Origin: Phoronis australis
Taxonomy: Eukaryota; Animalia; Phoronida
Direction of reading: 5' to 3'
DNA: 64,000 nucleotides
NCBI GenBank assembly: GCA_002633005.1
Contig: NMRA01000301.1
Span: 310,001-374,000, forward strand
Within the stretch, counting starts at the first letter, position 1, and the number at the start of each line of letters is the position of its first letter. A model generated the notes under the pieces. That model was given only the letters and a program-made list of their open reading frames with translations. It searched no databases and had not been told where the DNA came from. The translations under genes were made by a program, and so were the position numbers. Positions 26,867 to 39,884 of this stretch are shown piece by piece.

Positions 26867-27578
26867 AAGTGTCAAGCCAGCCAAACGTTTAAACCTGGCG
26901 CAGCACTTTCTAAACTCGACGCGCATTCTCCAAACTCGACATGGCAAAATCCAAACTCGTTACAGCGTCGACTTAAAACATGCCGTGAAGAACACTGCAA
27001 TGGTATAGTTAGCAATTGATCCTTGACTACAATTAACTGACACTCTCTTAAGCATTGACACATTGATGTTGGCATGGAATGGCCTGTGCACCAATACTAA
27101 ATGTTTCTGAACATTAAATATAAACAACATACTGGAGAGTAGAGAATCTCTCACAGTCATGAGCTGTGTGTGTTTGCATGTGTTCCAATTAAGTAATCAT
27201 CAAGTTAAGTCTTATGGTCCTGAGTATTATTTGAACATTTTAGGGCAACTACAGATTTACATCTAAAACCCAATTTCCTGGATGGTTGGGCACCAAGTCT
27301 CCAATTTACTTGGCTTTGAAATTCATTGTTTCAAATTTCTATGTTTCGTAAACATAACATTGGCAAAAAGAACATTGTGTTGTTATCGTGTTGACTCGAT
27401 CAAGCATCCGAGAGCTTATTTTTCAATAAACTTAAGACCCCCTGTTAGCTATACAAAGAAGAATCTACAGCTGCATAAAGCGGGACATTTCGGTCCTAGC
27501 CATTGTCAAAAAACTTAAATTATCGAACTTAACATCTTCAAACAATGAGAAAGGTTGACAGTGGGATTTATTCCCTTG

Positions 27579-28570
27579 TTATACACTCGCATATAAAATA
27601 TGTGGGTGCATATTGCCGTCATTTCTGTCTCGGCATCCAGCGTCTGCACTGTATCTCCTAAACCCCCCGTAGGATTTTGATGAGGTTTGGCAGATGTGTT
27701 CATATAAAGCTTACTACAGATGACGACGAATTCTGGTCCCATTTGACTACTGGTGTGCCCCCTAGTGGCAATTTTAGTTGTTTACGTTTACCTCTATCTT
27801 CCGCGGGTTTTCATAAAATTGGGTCGATAGGCATGTATTAGTGAGATGACACTATCGTCCCGTTTTCAGATGATTTGAGTTATTTTGTGCCACCTAGTGG
27901 CCATTTTTACTGTTTTTTAGTCTGTTTGTTGGTGTCCGCCCTTCTGTCAGCCAAACCACTCGAAGGCTGATTGTGAAAATTAGCAAATATGTCCCTATTG
28001 TAAAGAGGACAACTGAGGATGATTTTCTAACGGCTTTGACTAGTGTGGCGCTTCCTAGTGGTAGTTTTGTTTTTTCACGTCCTTGTCTGTATCGCCTAAA
28101 CTCTCTTCAGGATCTTTGCTAAAGTTAACGTGTATTTATATGAAGTTGACAACGGAAGATGACGACTTTCAGACTCATCCAATGAATGCTGTGTGCCCTA
28201 GTGGCAATTTCCTTTGTTTTCGTTTTCTTTTGTTTCTTCGAAGTTCCTTGACAGATTTCATGACATTTGGTAAATAGTTTTTTATAAAGAAAGAATTACA
28301 TGTTCCTGTTTTCGAATGGATTCGACATATGTTGCACCATCTAGTGTTCATTTTTTTACTGTTTTCTAGTCTGTTTTTGGCATCTGTCTCTCAAACAACC
28401 AAATGCTGAGAATGATTTTGAAAATTGGCGTTTATGTTTCTACTGTAAAGAGGCCGGCTGATGTGGATTCTCGGACAACTTGGGTTACTGTGGCGCCTCC
28501 TAGTGGAATTTTTTCTGTGTGTATGGCTGTATCTCCCACAGCCTTTGCAGGATATTTATTGAATTTATGA
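27579..28570 (+). mobile_element. Helentron-like (HINE) element with internal tandem array, 3'-truncated copy
   Basis: Same 5' hairpin and ~140-160-bp subunits with (g)cccctagtggca cores as 30440-32175; 6 cores. Confidence 0.7.
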
Positions 28571-30439
28571 TGCCAATAGACACCCCTAAACGTACAGCAG
28601 TCATGGGGGAATTTCAGCACTCCAGTTGCTCTTATTTTTAAATTAATGTAGTTGTGAATTGCTGTCCACCAAATCTGAGCGCGTATTAAGCAGAAGCAGA
28701 AGTTGCTTTTTTGCTCTCATTACTCTTGACGTGTAATAGGAAAAAACTTGGCTTTTTGCGTGAAGGCTTTTTTCCCCGAAAATGTGCTTTGTTGTTCCTT
28801 GAATCCCACCTAGATGATGATCAGCTACACTCTGCTGGGTCCCTGAGCTTTTCCACAAACAAAATATTGTCAGATTTCTTTGATTAGTACTAGACAATCT
28901 AAGCCAAGCTGTCCAGTCATTCCAATGATCAGCTCACCTGTATTCTCAGTGGTAGCGCTTCGTGAGAAAAATGTGTTCCATCGAAAAGAACACTGCAGTG
29001 TGTGAGGAAGGAAGATGGGGTTGATCAGTGTATGCTGTGGTGTGTAATGAGACTGATTCCCCATTCTGCAGACAGGTTCATTGGTACTTCCTTGCTCTTG
29101 AACTAGTTATGTAAGCTTGTGACTAGTCTAGTATGCCTGTGATAACATGTTGGCTGTCCACAGATTACAACACTATTGTGGTGATGCTGTAAAGGTCACA
29201 GCTGTAGGGTGTGAGTGGGCACTGGTGGTGTGTTGTAACATGTAAGGTGAAAGGTTGTCTGTTGCATTGTGGGTGTGGAGGATCAGGACATTTGCTGGGA
29301 TGGCTGTGTCTGAAAGGTTCAGCCTTTACTAAATGCAGGACTTTGGCAATGATCAGAAAAATGCTGTGTTCAAATTTGTTGGTGATTGTCATGCCCTCAA
29401 AGGCTGCAGAGAAATAACCAACTTTCAAGAAAAGTGTGTGAACTGGCTTCAACACAAACTGATTTTATGATGTCTTCAAAAACAGTACCAATGTAAGACA
29501 ATTAAAAAATAACTACTCCATGTGTCCATGTTAGCTTGAGTTTATAATTTGGAGTTTAGATCATAACACTTGGGTAACATGGCTAGGTGTGTTTTATATC
29601 CAGGGAGTGCACGTTGTTTAGGCCTGTTACAATGTAACCCCCAGTGTAAAACACATTCAAAGCTCTCAAATTTGGAGAAGAGTGTGGGGGATTTATTCTG
29701 TTTCATAAAGACAAGTGAAGTGATCACTTGGTGTGAAAGAGAGTTACTTTGCTCTTGACACTCGGTTACACTTGAAAGACTAGTGAAGTTGTGGTGCTGT
29801 CATAGTGTGTCCACCAGTAAATTGTTCCCTAAGGCTCTGCTTGTCTGTAAACACTATATGGTCATGTGGTTTGTGTCCAGTCTAGCCACTGTCGACTGAT
29901 TGTATTCCAAGCAGGGACTCTATACTAGTTCATGGTGGCTCCCCGAAGTTCATGCAGTGTTCTATAATAATTGATTTTTAAGGTACTCCTGTCTACCATT
30001 ATGAGCCTGCCCTAGAAATGTAGGAACAGAGAACATGAGATTGAAAAATATATGTATAAACTCTGAATTTGTTTTTCTCTGCCCGATTGAAAAGTGAAAG
30101 TCTCCGAAGTTGTTAGAATCAGATTCTCTGTCAACAACTTCTTCCTGGAAAGTGTGTCACTTCCTTTAAGCTAAAATCTACTTTTCAGTGTTTTTGGTAG
30201 TGACGTAGGAAGTCGTCTTTTGAAATGACACTGTTGAGAAGACCGTTATTGCTTTGTCATTTCCGCCTGAAAGCTTTCTAAGAATTTTGTAGTATTGACA
30301 AACTGTGTCAAGTGGACTTGTTGTGGTGCATACTAGAGCATCTGTTAACTTGGCAGTGATGTGCCAGAAAAAAAAGATTTGTAAAATATCACTTAAGGCC
30401 CTTCTTCACCAAACTTCAGCTCAGGCTGTCGGGGAATCA

Positions 30440-32175
30440 TTAGTATGCGCCTACATTTTTATATGTGGACGCGTTATGCCGTCATCTGCGTCCGTCCGGC
30501 GTCCGCTGCTCTATCTCCAAAACTGATTGACGTATGTTAATGAAACTTTGCACATGTGTTCCTTTCATGGATGGGACAGCATGAGCAAACTTTCGGACGG
30601 ATCCGACTACCGGTGTGCCCCCTAGTGGCAATTTTAGTTTGTTACGCTTACCTATGTATCTTCAAAGGTCCTCAACGTATTTTCATAAAATTTGGTATAT
30701 AGGCATCTATTAATGAGACGACAATATCCTCCCGATTTCGGATGGATTCGGCGTAGTTTGCACCACCTAGTGTCCATTTTTACTGTTTTCGAGTCTGTTT
30801 TTTGACGTCCACCCCTCTATCAACCAAACCACTTTAAGTATGATTGTGAAAATGCATGTGTGTTCTTACTATGAAGAGAATGGTTGATGATGATTTTCCG
30901 ATGACTTTGACTACTGTGGCGCCTCCTAGTGGCAGTTTTGTTTTTTTGCGCCTATGACTATTTCTCCTAAACATCTTTACTAAATTTAGTAAGTGCATTT
31001 TTATGATGTTGACAATGGACGACGACGACTTTCGGACAGATCCGATAACTGGTATGCCACTTAGTGGCAATTTTTTTACGTTTACCTCTGTATCTTCAAC
31101 AATCCTCAATGTAATTTCATAAAATTTGGCATACAGGCTTCTGTTAGTAAGGTGACGCTATCTTTCTGTTTTTAGATGGATTCGACATAGTTTGCGCCAC
31201 CTAGTGGCCATTCTTAATGTTTTCCAGTCTGTTTTTTGGCCTCCACCTCTCTATCAACCAAACCGCTTTCAAGATAAATGTGAAAATCGGCATGTATGTT
31301 TTTACTTTGAAGTAGACGGCTGAGGATGATTTTCCAATGACTTTGACTACTGTGGCGCCTCCTAGTAGCAGTTTCTTTTTTGCGCCCATGGCTATATCTC
31401 CTATACCGTTTGCAGGATCTTTACTAAATTTAAGAAGTGCGTTTATATGATGTTGACAACGAACGGCGATGATTTTGGGATGGATCTGACTAATGGTACG
31501 CCCCCTGGTGGCAATTTTAGTTTTTTACTTCTGTATCTTCAAAGGCCCTCAACAGATTTTCATAAAATTTTAAATACGGGCATCTATTGGTGAGATGGTG
31601 CTATCCTCTCGTTTTCAGATAGAATCAAGGTACTTTGCGCCAGCTAGTGGCCATTTTTGCTGTTTTCGTGTCTGTTTTTTGGCATCTACCTCTCTATCAG
31701 CTAAATTATTTTAAGGATGGTTTTGAAAATTGGAGTATATGTGCTTGAGTGTGAAGAGAAGAATTGATGATGACGACTTTGACTACTCTGGCGCCACCTT
31801 GTGGTAGTTTTGTTTTGTTTTGTTTTGTTTTGCGCCCATAGCTGTATCTCCTATTAAATTTTGTAAGTGTATTTATATGAAGCTAACAACAAACAGTGAC
31901 GACTTTCAGGCGGATCCAATGAACACTGTACCCCCTAGTGGCAATTTCATTTTATTCTGTTTTCCTTTGTTTCTCTGAAGTTCCGTGACGGATTTCTATG
32001 AAATTTGGTGTATCGCTTTCTATTAAAAAAACAATGATATGTTCTTGTTTTCGGATGGATTGTATGTTTTTGCGCCATCTAGTGGCCATTTTTATGTCAC
32101 AAATAAGCAACCCTGAAAGCATATCATTTGCGATCCATCCGTGGGCGCATTTCAACGCTCCGCGTTGCTCTTGTT
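30440..32175 (+). mobile_element. Apparently full-length Helentron-like (HINE/DINE-1/pearl-type) non-autonomous element
   Basis: 5' subTIR atgcgcctac within a hairpin, (GTCC)-like microsatellite at ~30487-30507, central tandem array, 3' subTIR gtgggcgcat (32141-32150), 3' stem-loop caacgc-tcc-gcgttg and a T-rich end. Confidence 0.75.
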
Positions 32176-33163
32176 GTTATTGTCGGAGGACAGGTGGAAA
32201 TACACCCAAAATGTGTTTCCAATATGAAGCCAGCCCTGATGTTCTGAGGAGACTCTTTTTTAGCCATTAAGTAAAGATCCTTGAGAATTATGTAACATAC
32301 CCTTCATTCATGTAACACATCATTTTACAGGTATACTAGTTACTTGATCAATCTTGTCAGGATACAAGTGAATGTTTGTTAATCAATCATTGTCGAGTTT
32401 GACCAACTTGAGGGTTTTTTCTCTTAACTGTAGTTCATTATATTTATTTTGATACAGCATAGAATTCTTCATTTCTTTTGCTTTATGGGTAAAGGTTGCG
32501 GTAAATAGTATTTGTAACAGTTCAAACAGTTCATTCTGTGGGTCTTGAGTTGTCCTTGATTTTTATTCATTGTGAAGTCTGAGTGCAAATAACTTCATCT
32601 TCCTTGTCGTTCTCAATGTTCAAGGCCTTTGTCTTTAACATCCTATTTTCTACTCATGGCAAATAGTAGGTCAATTGTTGTGACCCAGAATATGCTGGAA
32701 TCACTGCCAGACAAGTGCGTTGGTTTACTGGATATACAGTCTGTCACTTCATGAGACTCACATGTTAGAGATGTGTCACTCACTTGCATCACTAGCCCAC
32801 ATGTTGGTGTATGACTTGTTTCTTTCCTGTTCTGCTATTTTTGGAAATCCTTGGAGTCAGTGACCCTGTTTTTGTTGTAGAAGTGTAATTTCAAAAATGG
32901 TTTCATTGAGCTGATATAGAGATAAAATTTCATTTAAAATTAGTTTTTTAGTGAACAGTCCTTTTTGCTTCTCACCATAACAACTACAGCTGTTTTCTTC
33001 ATTGTTTCAACCTACCACTTTTTCTATTTCTTGTACTTCTAAACTTCTGTGTTTCATCTTTTTTTCCTTTGCTTTCCAAGTTGAAGGACCTATTCAGTGA
33101 CATATCTGAAACCAGTGACCTGGTCCAGTAGACGGACCCAGTAGAATTCACTCAGTGATCACT

Positions 33164-33421
33164 AGTGTTAAAGAGTGCCCCCAGTGTTGAAGAGTGCCTC
33201 CAGTGTTCAATAGTGCCCCCAGTGTTCAGCAGTGTCCCCAGTGTTGAAGAGTGCCTCCAATATTCAGCAGTGTCCCCAGTGTTCAACTGTGGCCCAAGNT
33301 GCCCCAGTGTTCAACAGTGCCCCCAGTGTTCAACTGTGCCCCAAGTGTTCTACAGTGCCCCAGTGTTCAACTGTGCCCCAAGCGTTCTACAGTGCCCCAG
33401 TGTTCAACAGTGCCCCCAGTG
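33164..33421. repeat. Degenerate ~18-20-bp minisatellite (cagtgccccagtgttcaa)
   Basis: More than 10 units with an N at 33299; source of the CPSVQQCP pseudo-ORFs. Confidence 0.9.
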
Positions 33422-33611
33422 GCCATTTCATTTTTCTTCACATTGTTCCTTTCCCTTTCTTCGTTTCGTTTCGATGTGTTTCTTTTTCTTCCTTCTCTTG
33501 TTCAATTAAGAAATACACAAAACATACCAAGCATGGCGTTCATAAAATAATATCCCACAAGACATTATTCCAGGTATCGACCGAGACCGACGGTCGATAC
33601 GCGGAATAATG

Positions 33612-34540
33612 TATTTATCCCATACGCATCGAATTCGTGAGCTTCTTTTTTGTTTTCGTTCGGCATTTTATAAATACTTCACCCTGACTGTTTACGCGGC
33701 TAATCACAACCTGTGCGCGTTATGTTGCTAACTAACTATAGAACTAGAAAACAGTTTTAAATGTAATGGTTTATTACTTGAAATTGATAGAAAGTGTGAA
33801 AATGACAGTTATTTTGCATTGAACTTGTATCATATTTCGGAAATAAATAAATAAGAATATTTATAACATAGTAAAATCCTCATCGGGTAGTTGCACTCAT
33901 TCATGAAACTAGGTCATTGATCGGAGCGTGTAGCCTGTTTTCACGAAGATTTGCCAGCGTTGATGACAGCTCCAGCAAATATGCCTGTTGTAGCATTGTT
34001 GCAGGTACGTTGTCGCATTTCTACGGATTCTGTGGCCTTGGTACAAAGTTGTATACTAAATATACGACAGTCTGTTGATACAGCTAGCTGGCTGGCTACG
34101 GACTCTGTAGCATGGATAGGCTTACGTGTTGCTGGGATGGTCGTCGTTGCTGCTCGAGTAATACTGTCGCCGATAGCATCGGGTGCTGTTGTGGCCAGTG
34201 ACAACAATGTTTGATATTGGCAAGGAATTGGTGCCTGAGTTACAGACAATATAATATATAGAAATGGAAAACTGAGACAGAACTGTCATATAATTAACAG
34301 TCCTGTTCCAGAAGTTAGGATTGAGGCCTGGTTGCATGTTGAGTGGTATTTACACTGCTACAATTGTATTACTTTAAGCTATTTTCGGAAAGTTTGATGA
34401 TCTAACTGGCTAACAACATTGAGTCGAAATTGACCTACCTTTTGAACCTTCACTGTCGAAGTAGTGCGGGAGGTGAATACGGAAAACATTATTACATGGC
34501 CGTATTTCCCTCAACAGATTCAACGCGTATGGGATAAATA
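33612..34540. mobile_element. Non-autonomous element with ~30-bp inverted termini
   Basis: TATTTATCCCATACGCATCGAAT vs TATTTATCCCATACGCGTTGAAT (reverse complement of 34518-34540); adjacent palindrome at 33566-33609. Confidence 0.7.
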
Positions 34541-34801
34541 TCTGTAATCATTTCTTGCTGTTAATAACTAATATTTAGATAATTGATTGCTGTTGTCTGG
34601 CAGTCCATCATCACTGGCCTGTGATAATGTATGGAGCTGTGTTGGTCTATTGATTAACCGTTCACACTCAGTTGTTGGTTTGGTTGTACAGTGTCATCAA
34701 AACAGGCCATGTTTACTAATGACATTGTGCTCTATCATTCTCTTCATCTGTTCAGCTTTTTGTAACATTTGCCTGTTCTTGTTGATTGAATATTGTTCGG
34801 G

Positions 34802-34933
34802 TAGAGTTCGGTAATGCTAGGACCTTGCTAAAAAGCAAGACTGCGAAATTATGTGAGATATTGCTGTGTATTTTAGATGAGAACATGTGATTTTGGCTAG
34901 ATTTTAGCGAGGTCCTAGTGTTATTGAACTCTA
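34802..34933. mobile_element. Small fold-back MITE
   Basis: TAGAGTTCGGTAATGCTAGGACCTTGCTAAAA pairs with TTTTAGCGAGGTCCTAGTGTTATTGAACTCTA. Confidence 0.7.
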
Positions 34934-35658
34934 TCCAGTATGGTTCTTTGCCTTCACAGCATTCTCTCCCCTCTTGGTAAGTTCAAAGGCCAGAACTTTA
35001 ATTTCCCAATCATATTTTTATTTCTAGCTTTTGGAACCTGAAGCAAACGAATAAGTTAAAAAGTTTTTCACAGATTTGAACACTTTTATAACAAAATAGC
35101 GCCAAGCCTTTTGTGGTTCTAGATTCAAGGCCATATCTGAAACTAGCAAAATCAGTGACTTTTTGCTCCCTAGTTTGTTGAAATTTGAACCTTGATTTCC
35201 GTCCCACTGAGACAATACCTGAGAGGTCAAAGTCAAGCTATTAACAAAAATAAATGAGAGATATTATCATTCATCCAGGTGAATAAATAAATGCAAAAAA
35301 TGACTACTGGATTACTATCAAACAAACTTTCTGACATTGCAGAGCTGCCTGGCTCCCTCTACTGGGAACCAGACAGCAATCCTCTATAGACGGAGCCAGG
35401 TAGCTCAGCAACTCCAGGAAGTTTGTTTTGTGGTAAGTCCAGTGGTCATGAGTAACATTTTTTGCATCTATTAACAAGAGTCTTAGCAACACTTCATGTT
35501 GGAGAAACCTTTGAGGCCATGTGTTGGTGGTCTTATCAGGTGTTGTGTGCATTTCCTATTGGTAAATCGTTTGGAATGATTTCATAAGTAAAAACCACTG
35601 TAGAGTGAGGTTTTCTTTTGCACTTAACCACTAACTATTTTCACACCTCCCCCACCCA

Positions 35659-38600
35659 CCCCCAATAGATCCAAAATTGTTGGAAGGCTGGTCCACTCTA
35701 CCCCCAGTGCTTAGAAATGTATGGTGAACATTGGTATTGTGACCTCAAACTGCACCCAAAGTGTGTCAGATGTTTTTAGTTGTGACCAGCCTTGTGTTAG
35801 GCAAGCTGATGAGTGGCACATGTCTTTGTTTACATCAGACCTTTATGTCATGTGGCTTAGCTCACTTCCCTATCTATGAACTTCCAACCAAGACTATCCC
35901 ATTGTTTGCTCCTTGTTACTGCCTTGTGGAGATTTGAAGGTCAGACCCATGTTCTGAACTTTCCTGTAGCAGAGAATGGTCATGGTAAAAAATCTCTAAT
36001 TTGGGACATTTTCTAGAATTTGGGACTTGGAAACTTACGTAAACTTTGAATTTTCTTTTTTCTGGAATTGGGTGACGAGGGCGATTTTAGCATTCGTTAT
36101 ATTTCTCAAGTTTTGGATTGTGTATTTCAATCTGCAGAGTGAGTAATTTTGCTGTCTTTCCGATGATTCTTGAATTTAGGATGGCCAATAATGTCTATTT
36201 CTAGAATTTTAGACAAGGTCCTACCTTAGGCAAAATATTAATTTATTTTTCACTGTACCAAATTGAAGAATGTTATAACAGTAAAAATTCTCCATTTTGT
36301 GGACAGCCAAGTCTATTTACAGTCTGATTATCTGTGCAAAACTCGCACCCATATTTGAAAAGTACATTGAACATCAAAATCGCTGATGTCCCAAAGTTCA
36401 AATCAAGAAAATTGAATTTATCTGAAATTTCAGTGTCCCAAACTTCAAAGAGACTTTCCCAAACAGGAGATTTTTACCATAGTCAAACATCTCAAGTAAA
36501 TGATCAAAAAATAGCACTGTTGATTTGACCCAGATGATATTCAGAATCGGTAAGCATTTTTTCTATCTGAAAGTTTGGCCATCCTATGGTAAAATACTTC
36601 GGTCTTTTAATTTCGGAATTTTGCGACAAGTCTCCCTGATATAGTAGCGGGCATCATGTTATTCGTTGTGTTATTTTGGTTTGAATTCCTGAAGTTGTAT
36701 GTTTTATTTCTTTTTTGCTGGTCAATTTCTGCCACTGCCACATTTCCACTGGAAAATGTAGCCACTTCATGCATTTCAGTGACAGGACACAATCCCCAGT
36801 GATAATGGCAAAAGTTTCATTTCAGAAGGAAGCATGAGAGTGTCAGTCCATTTCCTTTTTATGATTATGTTGAGGCAGATGACTCTTCCAGTCTTGGTTT
36901 CAATTATTTTTTCCTGAAAATAAAGATTTCGCTGTGAAACCATTTGATTATGCCTGTATGCTTTGCAAAATAACATGCTGAGTGAAACGCTGACTGTTGT
37001 CATTGGATCCTTTATAATATTTGCATTTGGACGTGTAATAAGGTTTTTGACTTTTTATGCTAGGAAGTTTGCTAAATTCTATGAGTTGTCTGTATTTTTT
37101 ACCTTGGGCAATTAAAAAAAATCTTGTTTCTCTTGTATGACAAGTCCCGGTAGTCCCATTGTCTTGGCTAACTTTTCTAGAGTGTCTTGGGCGATGTGTA
37201 CACTGGAGTGTAGGGACGCGACTGAAATTATGATGTCCCAGTTTAGGGCACCGTGCCCTGTTCAACATTTGGATGTACAAATAAAGTAAGCGAGTGAGCA
37301 TGGTTGTCTCTTTAACTTGCTATCAGTAACTGTGGGGGAGCTGGTTGACCTGTCCAGAATAAAAAAGTTGGGTTAGAAATGACGTAAGATCCGGAAAATC
37401 AGTACAAAACTTTACTGTCTCCTCTGTAATATACCACACTGTAACAGTAATTTGATGTGGGGATTATAAAAAAACTGTCACACATGGATGCCCTGAAAAA
37501 TCATGAAACTTATTTTGGACACTCTTTTGTTGAAATCTTGGATAAACCCCTGACATACATGTACAGCTGGATACTATTGGGCTATGTATATTATCAGGCT
37601 ATGTATATTATCAGGCTATGNNNNNNNNNNNNNNNNNNNNNNNNNNNNNNNNNNNNNNNNNNNNNNNNNNNNNNNNNNNNNNNNNNNNNNNNNNNNNNNN
37701 NNNNNNNNNNNNNNNNNNNNNNNNNNNNNNNNNNNNNNNNNNNNNNNNNNNNNNNNNNNNNNNNNNNNNNNNNNNNNNNNNNNNNNNNNNNNNNNNNNCC
37801 CCCAATAGATCCAAAATTGTTGGAAGGCTGGTCCACTCTACCCCCAGTGCTTAAAAATGTGTGGTGAACATTGGTATTGTGACCTCAAACTGCACCCAAA
37901 CTGTGTCAGATGTTTTTAGTTGTGACCAGCCTTGTGTTAGGCAAGCTGATGAGTGGCACATGTCTTTGTTTACATCAGACCTTTCAGTCATGTGTCGTAG
38001 CTCACTTCCCTATCTATGGACTTCCAACCAAGACTATCCCATTATTGTTTGCTCCTTGTTACTGCCTTGTGAAGATTTGAAGGTCAGACCCATGTTCTGA
38101 ACTTTCCTGTAGCAGAGAATGGTCATGGTAAAAAATCTCTAATTTTGGACATTTTCTAGAATTTGGGACTTAGAAACTTACGTAAACTTTGAATTTTCTT
38201 TTTTTCTGGAATTGGGTGACGAGGGCGATTTTAGCATTCGTTATATTTCTCAAGTTTTGGATTGTGTATTTTCAATCTGCAGAGTGAGTAATTTTGCTGT
38301 CTTTCCGATGATTCTTGAATTTGGGATGGCCAATAATGTCTATTTCTAGAATTTTAGACAAGGTCCTACCTTAGGCAAAATATTAATTTATTTTTCACTG
38401 TACCAAATTGAAGAATGTGAAAATTCTCCAGTTTGGGACTGTGAAAATTTATCTAATTTTTTCAAGGTCAGAGCTTGCACTAAATTTATAGATAAGCAAT
38501 ATTGTCCGTCCCAAATTCAAGAATTTTGAGCAGCAACAAATGATCATTCACCTTTTTACACATATTGGGAACACATGAAAATGTCAGCCATTTGGATGAT

Positions 38601-39866
38601 TTTGTGCGCAGCCAAGTCTATTTACAGTCAGATTATCTGTGCAAAACCCGCACCCGATATTTGAGAAATATATTGAACATCAAAACCGCTGATGTCCCAA
38701 AGTTCAGATCAAAAAGATTGAATTTGTCTGAAATTTCAGTGTCCCAAACTTCAAAGAGACTCCCAAACAAGAAATTTTTACCATAGTCAAACGTCTCAAG
38801 TAAATGATCAAAAATAGCACTGTTGATTTGACCCAGATGAGCATTTTTTCTATCTGAAAGTTTGGCCATTCTATGGAAAACAACTTCGGTCTTTTAATTT
38901 CGGAATTTTGCGACAAGTCTCCCTGATATAGTAGCGGGCATCATTTTATTTGTTGTGTTATTTTGGTTGAATTCCTGGAGTTGTATGTTTTATTTCTTTT
39001 TTGCTGGTCAATTTCTGCCACTGCCACATTTCCACTGGAAAATGTAGCCACTTGATGCATTTCAGTGACAGGACACAATCCCCAGTGATAATGGCAAAAG
39101 TTTCATTTCAGAAGGAAGCATGAGAGTGTCAGTCCAGTTCCTTTTTATGATTATGTTGAGGCAGATGACTCTTCCAGTCTTGGTTTCAATTATTTTTTCC
39201 TGAAAGTAAAGATTCGCTGTGAAACCATTTGATTATGCCTGTATGCTTTGCAAAATAACATGCTGAGTGAAACACTGACTGTTGTCATTGGATCCTTTAT
39301 AATATTTGCATTTGGACGTGTAATTGGGTTTTTGACTTTTTATGCTAGGAAGTTTGCTAAATTCTATGAGTTGTCTATATTTTTTACCTTGGGTAATTAA
39401 AAAAAAATCTTGTTTCTCTTGTATGACAAGTCCCTGTAGTCCCATTGTCTTGGCTAACTTTTCTAGAGTGTCTTGGGCGATGTGTACACTGGAGTGTAGG
39501 GATGCATCTCTCAGTGAACAGCGACTGAAATTAAGACATCCTAGTTTAGGGCACCTTGCCTGTTCAACATTTGGATGTTCAGATAAAGTAAGCAAGTGAG
39601 CATGGTTGTCTCTTTTAACTTACTATCAGTAACTGGGAGAGCTGGTTGACCTGTCCAGAATAAAAAAGTTGGGTTAGAAATGATGTAAGATCAGTACAAA
39701 ACTACTGTCTGCTCTGTAATATACCACTCTGTAATAGTAATTTGATGTGGGGATTATAAAAAAACTGTCGCACATGATGAGTTATGGATGCCCTGAAAAA
39801 TAATGAAACTTATTTTGGACACTCTTTTGTTGAAATCTTGGATAAACCCCTGATATACATGTACAG
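35659..39866. repeat. ~2-kb direct duplication across an N gap (35659-37620 vs 37799-39866)
   Basis: Both copies start ccccaatagatccaaaattgttgg and are collinear with scattered SNPs and indels; separated by Ns at 37621-37798. Confidence 0.93.
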
Positions 39867-39884
39867 ACTAGACCCTGATATACA

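Noticed and set aside
33165-33609. Cys/Pro/Gln-rich ORFs resembling metallothionein or keratin-associated proteins
   Set aside because: Open in all three frames because of a minisatellite; contains an N; no supporting gene structure.
37457-37867. ORFs containing long X runs
   Set aside because: They span the assembly gap.
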